Below, in pieces: positions 57,432 to 64,000 of a stretch of DNA of 64,000 nt (its first letter is position 1; the number at the start of each line of letters is the position of its first letter). The notes under the pieces were generated by a model, which did not search any database, was not told the DNA's origin, and worked only from the letters and a program-made list of their open reading frames with translations. A program made the position numbers and the translations under genes. Source of the stretch: a virus (Duplodnaviria > Caudoviricetes); IMG/VR virus record IMGVR_UViG_2912649904_000001, positions 1-64,000 of that record; one strand, 5' to 3'.

Positions 57432-58439
57432 TCAGCGTCCGTCGTTGGCGGCCAGTTCGATCACCAGCGGCCACCCGGCGTGCTGCGCCTCGTCAAGGGC
57501 GTTGTCGTGGGCCTCCTGGTGGTCGGGGACCACGTCGCCGTCGCGAACCATGCCGCTGGTGGCTGCGTGGAATCCGTCGACGACTTCGGCGGCCTGGTCG
57601 GCAAGGTCGTCAAGGGCGGCCTGCCGGGCGAACTCCGGTCGGAGGTCGGTCCAGAAGTAGCCGCACCCGGGCTCAGGCTTGCCCTCGAAGGAGCGAGCGG
57701 CGACCACATACACATCCACCGTTTCCTGCTCGACCATGAACCAGGCAAGGACCTTCGCCCACGCCTTCTCGGTGGTGTACTCCTCCACCAGGTACGTGAA
57801 CGGGCCCTCGCCGTCGAGCCGTCCGGGACCGGCGACGGACACCGTGAAGTCGCGCGCTGTCTGCTTGTAGTCGTACGGCAGGTCGTAGAGCGGGCCCCGC
57901 TCGGCGACCTCGTCGACCCGATGGGCGGCGGGCATCTCCGGCTTCTCGGACCGCGCGGCCTTCTGGCTGGCGGCCTTGCGGGTCAGCCAGTCCAATTCGG
58001 CCGCGCCGCGCAGTTCGTTGAGGAGCTGGAGCTGCTTGCCGATGCCGAGTCCGGCCAGCGGCGCCTTAGCGTCCGGCCACACCTGGCGTGCGGCCTGGAC
58101 GTAGGCGGCTCCGGCGAGGATGGTCACCTCGCGGGCGCGGTCCACGCCGAGCTTGCGGGCCTGCGCCTGGAGCAGCAGGTCCGATACCGCATCGCGGTCG
58201 CCGATGTGGGTGTCGTAAGGCTCCAGCTCGGTGTCGAGGGTGACGAGGCCATGGCGGGCGCTGAGCACGAGGACCAGGGCGTCATGCTGCTCGGCGAGCG
58301 AGGCGGCTGCTCCCCAGCAGGCGCGGAAGTACGAGCCTGTGTACAGCTCGCGTGCGGGGGCCGTGTGATCGAGCTTCTTCACGGAGCAGGCGATCACGTA
58401 GACGCGGTCGGTGCGGGACGTGGGCGGCACAGTGGCCAT
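57432..58439 (-). CDS. DUF6884-like domain fusion protein
   Basis: VIACSVKK..ARELYTGSYF..LSARHGLV..EPYD. Confidence 0.75.
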   Translation of the reverse strand: MATVPPTSRTDRVYVIACSVKKLDHTAPARELYTGSYFRACWGAAASLAEQHDALVLVLSARHGLVTLDTELEPYDTHIGDRDAVSDLLLQAQARKLGVDRAREVTILAGAAYVQAARQVWPDAKAPLAGLGIGKQLQLLNELRGAAELDWLTRKAASQKAARSEKPEMPAAHRVDEVAERGPLYDLPYDYKQTARDFTVSVAGPGRLDGEGPFTYLVEEYTTEKAWAKVLAWFMVEQETVDVYVVAARSFEGKPEPGCGYFWTDLRPEFARQAALDDLADQAAEVVDGFHAATSGMVRDGDVVPDHQEAHDNALDEAQHAGWPLVIELAANDGR

Positions 58440-58467
58440 CTGGGGTCCTTTCGTCGGTGGCCGGGTG

Positions 58468-58570
58468 GTGTCCGGACGCTGTCCGGGCAGGTGACGCGAG
58501 GTGCGCACCGACTGTCCGGACAGCGCCCGGACACGCGTCCGGGACGTGTCCGGGGCGTGTCCGGGCGACA
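58468..58570. repeat. Cluster of TGTCCGG / CCGGACA repeats
   Basis: About 7 gtccgg-type units in an intergenic gap. Confidence 0.7.
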
Positions 58571-58571
58571 G

Positions 58572-59222
58572 TCAGGCCGGGGTGAGGGCGTTGACGAGGG
58601 CGCGGGCGAATTCGCCGGACACCTCGTGGCGGTGGCCGGTGATGTGGCGTCGGGCCTCGTCGCGGTCGCTGGTGTGGCGGGCGAAGCCGCACTCGCAGAT
58701 CGCGACGCTCGCCGACGAGTTCCGCCGCGCGCCGCCGCCCGGCGGGTAGCGGTACCCGTCCGGCTCGGTGGTGCGGGTGCGGTGGTCGCGGGCGAACAGG
58801 CCGATCTGCGCCGTGAGGGACTGCCGAACCTGGTTGCGGTCGTCGACTACGACCAGGCCACGTGCCCGGAGGCGGGCGGTCGCTGCCGGGGGGATGAGCC
58901 AGATGCCGCCAGTCATGACCCGCTTGATGGGGTCGTACTGGGCGTCGCGGACGGAGTCGATGAGCAGCAGGTCGGAGCAGGTCGCGTCGGTCAGGGCCTT
59001 CGCGACGGGCAGGTGCGGCCGGAGCCGGATCGAGCGGGGGTGGCTGGTGACGTGCTCGCCGACCTGCCGGTGCGCGGTCCAGGAGATGAGCATCCCGCCG
59101 TCGGTGGTCACGTCGATGTCGAAGTTGCGGCGCACGGCCCGGCCGAGGAGCCACAGGGCCTGTCCCTCAGTGGCGTTGCCCTCGGTGGTGCCGCCGATGT
59201 GGGTGACGGTCTCGTAGAACAT
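58572..59222 (-). CDS. Hypothetical protein
   Basis: GAAGGG RBS; C-terminal CECG..H..H. Confidence 0.7.
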   Translation of the reverse strand: MFYETVTHIGGTTEGNATEGQALWLLGRAVRRNFDIDVTTDGGMLISWTAHRQVGEHVTSHPRSIRLRPHLPVAKALTDATCSDLLLIDSVRDAQYDPIKRVMTGGIWLIPPAATARLRARGLVVVDDRNQVRQSLTAQIGLFARDHRTRTTEPDGYRYPPGGGARRNSSASVAICECGFARHTSDRDEARRHITGHRHEVSGEFARALVNALTPA

Positions 59223-59239
59223 GCTGGGCCCTTCGCTGG

Positions 59240-59713
59240 TCAGGCGGCGTCGGAGTAGAGGGCGTGGACCAGGTCGGCCCATCCCCGGTGAACGTCGATC
59301 AGCGCGTCGAGGGCAGCCATCGCCATCTCGTCGTTGCAGTCGTTGATGCGGTCCAGAGCGCCCAGGCGCCAGGCGCGCAGCGAGTTGGCGTGCGCGCGGG
59401 TGGTGGAGTGCGGCAGGTCCAGCGCGGGCAGTGTGGGCAATTCGCCGGTGACGGGCGCGGTGACGTAGGGGAGGAGGATCGTCGGGACGTCGGTGGCCGC
59501 CAGGCAACGGCGGGCGGCCTTCAGCGCGGCCTTGGTGGCGTCGTCGAGTTGCCCGGTGAGGTCGTCGGTCGAGTCGAGGAGCGCGGCCGAGGCGTCGTGG
59601 AGGTGGCGTGCGGCGGCCTCGTAGGCGCGGCGCTGGGGGTGGATCATGGCGCGCCCGCGTACCAGGTTGCCGAGCAGCCGGGCGCGGGTCGCTGCCTTCG
59701 CGTGTGCGTTCAC
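59240..59713 (-). CDS. Hypothetical helical protein
   Basis: GAAGGA RBS. Confidence 0.7.
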   Translation of the reverse strand: MNAHAKAATRARLLGNLVRGRAMIHPQRRAYEAAARHLHDASAALLDSTDDLTGQLDDATKAALKAARRCLAATDVPTILLPYVTAPVTGELPTLPALDLPHSTTRAHANSLRAWRLGALDRINDCNDEMAMAALDALIDVHRGWADLVHALYSDAA

Positions 59714-59738
59714 GATGCTGTCCTTCGGGTTCGAGTGG

Positions 59739-60086
59739 TCAGGCGGCGGCCATCGCGGCGGCGGCCGAGTGGTAGCAGGCGATGGAGCGCAGGCCGGCCG
59801 GGCAGTTGCAGTTGCCGGTGATGGCGGTGCGGTAGACCTCGCTGCCGTCGTCGGAGACGACGAGGAAGATCCGGTTCGCGCGGAGGGGGATCACGGCGCC
59901 CAGCTCCAGGAGCTCGACAGCCTTGGTGACTTGCCAGCCGTGGTGTCCGCCCTGGTTGGTGCGGGCGGCGCGGTGGATCTTGCGGCGGCACTTCGGGCCG
60001 TAGCCGTCGGGGCTGGGGCGGCGCAGGATGCGGCGGCACTTGAGGCACCGGGCCGGGTGGTTCGTGGTGGTGGCTTGAGTGCTCAT
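59739..60086 (-). CDS. Zn-finger protein (DUF6011-like plus SWIM)
   Basis: CLKCRR..GYGPKC; CNCPAG...CYH. Confidence 0.75.
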   Translation of the reverse strand: MSTQATTTNHPARCLKCRRILRRPSPDGYGPKCRRKIHRAARTNQGGHHGWQVTKAVELLELGAVIPLRANRIFLVVSDDGSEVYRTAITGNCNCPAGLRSIACYHSAAAAMAAA

Positions 60087-60132
60087 GTCGCGCCCCTTTC
60101 GCCTTACTTGGTGGTGTGGTGTGACATTCACC

Positions 60133-60185
60133 ATCTTACCCAAGTCAACTTTGGAAAATCCATTTGGGAAACCTGGATTGGCAAA
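60133..60185 (-). promoter_or_regulatory. Early promoter/operator (CCAAG-N5-TTTGG family)
   Basis: CCAAGTCAACTTTGGAAAATCCATTTGGG; TAAGAT -10. Confidence 0.75.
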
Positions 60186-60305
60186 AGGACAGCAAAGATC
60201 GGCGTGTCCGGACGCCCCCCCGGACAACCCCGGACAACCGGTCCGGACAGCACGACGCCCCGCCCTCCCACCAGGGAGAACGGGGCGTCCGGATGTGTCC
60301 GGCGG

Positions 60306-60809
60306 CTACTGCGCGGGCTCGGCCGCCGGCCGCTTGCACTGGTCGTGGCGGTCGCAGTTACACCGCTTGCAGTCCACGCACATCTGGCCGGCCACCAGGC
60401 CGCAGGCGCCGCACCCGCCGGTCGCGTCCAGTTCGGCATCGTCGAGCGCGATACACAGGTCCACCAGCGCCTTGTGGTTGAAGCGACGCCGGGGCCTGCA
60501 CTTCCCGTCGCAGAACTCCGGCCCACCCAGCAGCACCGAGTCGTCGTCAGGGTGCCCTTCGCACTGGAACGCGCACGGGTCGCCGGGCTCGACCGTGATC
60601 GTCACCGCGTGCGCCTTCAGCACGCCCTCGCCGCCGTTGTCCGCCTGCGACCGCGCCGCATCCACCGCCGCGATGGTCTGCGGGTAGTCGTTGATCTCCT
60701 GGTTCTGTGCACGGTGCACGCCGAAGACGAGCGTCCGCAGCTCGACGTCGTCCTTGCAGTCGAACTGCTGCTCCTCGATGGCGGGGTGCTCGATGGTGAC
60801 CTGATACAT
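60306..60809 (-). CDS. Cys-rich hypothetical protein
   Basis: AAGGAG RBS; several CxxC pairs. Confidence 0.7.
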   Translation of the reverse strand: MYQVTIEHPAIEEQQFDCKDDVELRTLVFGVHRAQNQEINDYPQTIAAVDAARSQADNGGEGVLKAHAVTITVEPGDPCAFQCEGHPDDDSVLLGGPEFCDGKCRPRRRFNHKALVDLCIALDDAELDATGGCGACGLVAGQMCVDCKRCNCDRHDQCKRPAAEPAQ

Positions 60810-60846
60810 GCCGTGCTCCTTCATCGTGTTGGCTGGGGGGGGCGGG

Positions 60847-62088
60847 TCAGCAGGGGAGGGCGGGCGCGATGCGCTCGACGGCGACGATGTCCCAGGCCGC
60901 GCTCTCCACGGACATGCCGAGCGTCCAGGGCGCCCGGTAGGTGGCGTGACGGTCACCCTTGTCGACGCCGTACACCCGGGCCCAGAACTGCGGGGCGGGG
61001 GCGGCCGAGATGCCGGTGTCCAGGACGGTCAGGCGCGCGCCGTGCGCGTGGAGGATGTCGCCGGGCACCACGGACAGTCGGGGGACCTCCAGGGCGATCC
61101 GCTGGTTCCCTTCCGCGTGCAGCTCGGCCAGCGCTGCCGGGTCGGCCTGCGCGAGGTAGCGCAGGGCATCGCCGAGGTCGCGCACGGCCATGGCGTGCTC
61201 CTCGCCTGTCGGCGCCTGGGGGCCACGCAGGACGGCGGCCGAGGTGCGCGCCGCGCACTTCGCCTCGTCGACGCGGGAGGTGTCAACGAGTTCGCAGCGG
61301 TCCGCTCGCCAGGCCGAGCCTTCTTCGGTCTCGACCCAGGTGTGCGGGCCGCTGCGCATCAGGCTCGCGACGGTGCGGGTGCCGCCGTCCGTACACACGA
61401 TCCGCTCGCCCTTCTTGAACGGCTGCGGCTGGTGCAGGGGGTCCAGGTCGACGCCGCACGCGGCGGCCTGTGCCATCGCCTTCTCGACGCTCGCGGCGTA
61501 CCGGCCGTCTTCGATCTCGTGCGCGGGGCCGGTGAGCTTGTGCAGCTCGCCGTTTCGGGTGGTCAGGGCGACGGGCCAGGCGTCCGTCAGGATGGCGACG
61601 ATGCCTTCGCCGGGGATCACGAGCAGGTCGCCGTCGTGGATGCCGTCGCCCTGTGAGGCGTCGTACGCCTCGGCGGTGCAGTCGAAGCGGTGCACGGCCG
61701 GGTTGGTAATGGGCGGGCGGGCGGGTTCGGGCGGGTTGGCGCCGTCCTTCTCGGCTGCCGCGAGGGCGGCCTCGCGGGAGGTGGCGCGGTCGCGTGCGTG
61801 GTCGACACAGGAGGGGCAGAAGTCGGCGACGCGGGCGGCGCGGGTCTCGTCCAGGTCGCGGGCCTTGCGCCGGTCGCACAGCGTCATCGGGGCGAACGGG
61901 TCGGCGAGGTGGGGGGCGTCGAAGTCGTCTTCGCCGTCGGTGCGGACGGCGGTGACGTCGGCGCGGGCGCGGAGGTCGGCCATGTTGGCGCGGGCCTGGT
62001 CGGCGTCGGTGACGGTGGCGCCGAGAGCGAAGGCGGCGGACGCGAGGGGGGAGGCGGAGGCCAGGCGCTCCGCGTAGGACTCGGTCAC
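60847..62088 (-). CDS. Multidomain hypothetical protein
   Basis: GAAAGG RBS before GTG; long protein-like ORF. Confidence 0.7.
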   Translation of the reverse strand: MTESYAERLASASPLASAAFALGATVTDADQARANMADLRARADVTAVRTDGEDDFDAPHLADPFAPMTLCDRRKARDLDETRAARVADFCPSCVDHARDRATSREAALAAAEKDGANPPEPARPPITNPAVHRFDCTAEAYDASQGDGIHDGDLLVIPGEGIVAILTDAWPVALTTRNGELHKLTGPAHEIEDGRYAASVEKAMAQAAACGVDLDPLHQPQPFKKGERIVCTDGGTRTVASLMRSGPHTWVETEEGSAWRADRCELVDTSRVDEAKCAARTSAAVLRGPQAPTGEEHAMAVRDLGDALRYLAQADPAALAELHAEGNQRIALEVPRLSVVPGDILHAHGARLTVLDTGISAAPAPQFWARVYGVDKGDRHATYRAPWTLGMSVESAAWDIVAVERIAPALPC

Positions 62089-62128
62089 TATTCGGGCCTT
62101 TCGTGTGATGGTGGGTGGTTCACCATCA

Positions 62129-62164
62129 ATTATACCCAAGTTAACTTTGGAAAAACCATTTGGG
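62129..62164 (-). promoter_or_regulatory. Early promoter/operator with consensus TATAAT
   Basis: attata 62129-62134 next to CCAAGTTAACTTTGG. Confidence 0.8.
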
Positions 62165-62264
62165 TTTGACGTTTTTGCAGGTCAGCGCCCTGCGAGCGGC
62201 AGCGCCTCGACCGTCACCGCAGGGCGGGGCGAGGCGGGGCGAGGCGCCGACCTGCCCGGAGTCG

Positions 62265-62447
62265 TCAGGTGTCGCCAAGCGCGTCGGGGTGGACCGGGCA
62301 GGGCCCGAACCCGCTGCCTTGGCTGGCGAGATGGGCGTGACGGCGCCCGCTGAAGCTGCACGCCGCCTTCGGGTCCTCGTCGCAGAACTCGACGCACGTG
62401 CAGTCCTGCACCTCGTCGACGGACGCGCCTTCCTGGTGGGCGGCCAC
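62265..62447 (-). CDS. Small Cys/His-rich protein
   Basis: CTCVEFC..C..HAH..CPVHP; start uncertain. Confidence 0.45.
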   Translation of the reverse strand: MAAHQEGASVDEVQDCTCVEFCDEDPKAACSFSGRRHAHLASQGSGFGPCPVHPDALGDT

Positions 62448-62456
62448 GGCGTGGCC

Positions 62457-63479
62457 TCAGTGGTTCGCAGCCTTGGGCACCTTGACGTCGGGCCTGTGCG
62501 CGAAGACGCACCGCGAGGAACGCAGCATCCTCTCCGTCGCCCAGCCGCGCTCCTTCATGCGCTCCGCGAGGATGTCGAGGCATGGACCGTGCCAGGGGTC
62601 GTCGCGGCGGACGGCCCGGCCGCCTTCCAGCCAGTAGAGGGCGACGCGCCCGTGGGTACGCGGGTCGATGACGTACCCGCGAACATTCCGCTGCTCGTCG
62701 ACGGGTTCGCTGATGTCGTGATGGTCAGTCAGCGTGGCGTAGGCGAGGCCACTCAGGACCTCGCGAGCGGCTGCGACATCGGGGTCCGTCACGTGCTTGG
62801 GGGTGCAGCCCTGGGCGGTGCCTTCGTGCTGGACTACTACCCCTTCAATGGGTTGTCCGGACACATCCGGGGCGGTGCCGGTCGCGTCCGGCTCGGCATC
62901 CTCGTCGTTGTCCGTGAAGATCCGCACGGTCAGGTCGAGTTCCCCGTCGGGGGCCATCGCCAGGCGGTGGGACAGCTCAGGGAAGGCACCTTCCTTGCCG
63001 TCGGTCAGCGCGTTCACGGCGGCGCGGACGCGGTCGGCATGGTCGCGCTGGAAGGTCATCGCGCGGCGCTCGGTGTCGCCGTTGGCGAGGGCGTCGGCGT
63101 ACACCGGGTCGTGCGCGCGCAGGTAGTCCAGGGCGGCACCCAAGCGGGCAAGGGCTTCCCGCCAGTCCTGGCTGGCGGGGTCGGGGTCGGTGCGCACGCG
63201 GGCGGCAGCCTCGTTCGCCTCCTGGCGGTGGGCGGCGATGGCTTCGCGGGTGGCCGCTTCGGCGTACCGCTCACGCTCGTCGGCCATGCGGCGTGCGACG
63301 GTCACGCATACGCCGCAGAAGCGGTCGGTGGCCTCGATCTCCTCGACGGTGAGGCGCCGGATGGTGGGCCTGCCGCACAGGCCCATGCCGGTGTCGTGGG
63401 CGTAGTGGGCAAGTAGGCCCTTGCCCAGCCTGGCGGGGTGGACGTTCGCGCGCTCGTGGAGCGGACGGTTGCCGGTCAT
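62457..63479 (-). CDS. Hypothetical protein
   Basis: AAAGGA RBS; H..LCG..CGVC N-terminus. Confidence 0.75.
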   Translation of the reverse strand: MTGNRPLHERANVHPARLGKGLLAHYAHDTGMGLCGRPTIRRLTVEEIEATDRFCGVCVTVARRMADERERYAEAATREAIAAHRQEANEAAARVRTDPDPASQDWREALARLGAALDYLRAHDPVYADALANGDTERRAMTFQRDHADRVRAAVNALTDGKEGAFPELSHRLAMAPDGELDLTVRIFTDNDEDAEPDATGTAPDVSGQPIEGVVVQHEGTAQGCTPKHVTDPDVAAAREVLSGLAYATLTDHHDISEPVDEQRNVRGYVIDPRTHGRVALYWLEGGRAVRRDDPWHGPCLDILAERMKERGWATERMLRSSRCVFAHRPDVKVPKAANH

Positions 63480-63514
63480 TTGGGATCCTTTGGTCGGGTG
63501 GTGTGTACAGCACC

Positions 63515-63606
63515 ATCATACCCAAATGGATTTTGGAAATATCATTTGGGTGCGAGTTTTTGCAGGCCCCCGGGACACCAGCGCGTTTGCCAAAGTCGCC
63601 TTGTGG
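63515..63606. promoter_or_regulatory. Divergent promoter region with operator copies
   Basis: CCAAATGGATTTTGGAAATATCATTTGGG (TATGAT -10 on minus) and inverted CCAAAGTCGCCTTG before the HTH gene. Confidence 0.7.
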
Positions 63607-63619
63607 AATGCTGGGGGGC

Positions 63620-63889
63620 ATGACCGATCGCCCGAAGGCCAAGCCCTCCCACGAGCCGAGCCAGGACCTCACTGATGCTCAGGCCGCGATGGACGAGGCG
63701 TGGAAGGTGTACGAGGAGAAGCGTCACGCCTATCGCAAGGCCATCGCCGACGAACTCCGCGCCTCTGGGATCTCGCACGCGAAGATGGCCGCGCTCACCT
63801 CGTACACCGAGGAGACCGTCCGGCACATCGCTCGGGAGTACAAGGTCCCGCCGAAGCGCAAGCCGACCGTCCGCCCCCTCAAGGACTGA
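63620..63889 (+). CDS. Small HTH repressor
   Basis: ISHAKMAALTSYTEETVRHIA HTH; divergent. Confidence 0.8.
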   Translation: MTDRPKAKPSHEPSQDLTDAQAAMDEAWKVYEEKRHAYRKAIADELRASGISHAKMAALTSYTEETVRHIAREYKVPPKRKPTVRPLKD

Positions 63890-64000
63890 CGTCACGCCCC
63901 GCGCTTTGCCCGGTCCACCCCGCCGCCTCTCGCGCGAATGCGGGCGATCTCGACCTTGGCGCGCGCGACGACCGCAACCACGGCGACGACGCAGCCGCTC

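Larger units (their letters stand above)
1..64000. mobile_element. Prophage or phage-plasmid region (siphovirus morphogenesis cluster plus plasmid-like early genes); boundaries not visible
   Basis: Terminase, portal, capsid, tape measure, endolysin, ParB and methylases. No host housekeeping genes, no intact integrase or att site in the window. Confidence 0.9.

Noticed and set aside
34987-63570. Recurring GCAGGTCA-like octamer near several promoters
   Set aside because: Short and common in high-GC actinobacterial DNA; significance cannot be judged without counts.

Overview
High-GC actinobacterial (Streptomyces-like) window filled by a phage-like mobile element, either a prophage or a phage-plasmid / linear-plasmid region. 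Almost all genes are on the minus strand. From right to left: (i) an early, plasmid-like region (42.8-64 kb) with ParB, a DUF3560-like protein, a C5-cytosine and an N6-adenine methyltransferase, many small hypotheticals and two divergent HTH repressors, each with its own repeated operator; (ii) a DNA-modification and packaging block: an atypical tRNA-Gly(TCC), a DAM-like/GNAT-like fusion, a ParB-N protein, and small and large terminase; (iii) a siphovirus head-tail cluster resembling cluster-B-type actinophages (portal, MuF/2H/protease fusion, two capsid proteins, tail tube, tape measure, minor tails, endolysin), with glycosyltransferase and nucleotide-hydrolase genes inserted; (iv) an XRE-regulated module ending in a radical SAM/SPASM gene. 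The best candidate for a new system is the tRNA-Gly at 41612-41686. It keeps the GlyRS identity elements but has non-ribosomal hallmarks, and it lies directly upstream of the methylase-GNAT gene, which suggests tRNA-dependent DNA base hypermodification. A 7-copy leader motif precedes late genes. All family assignments come from reading motifs by eye; no searches were run.
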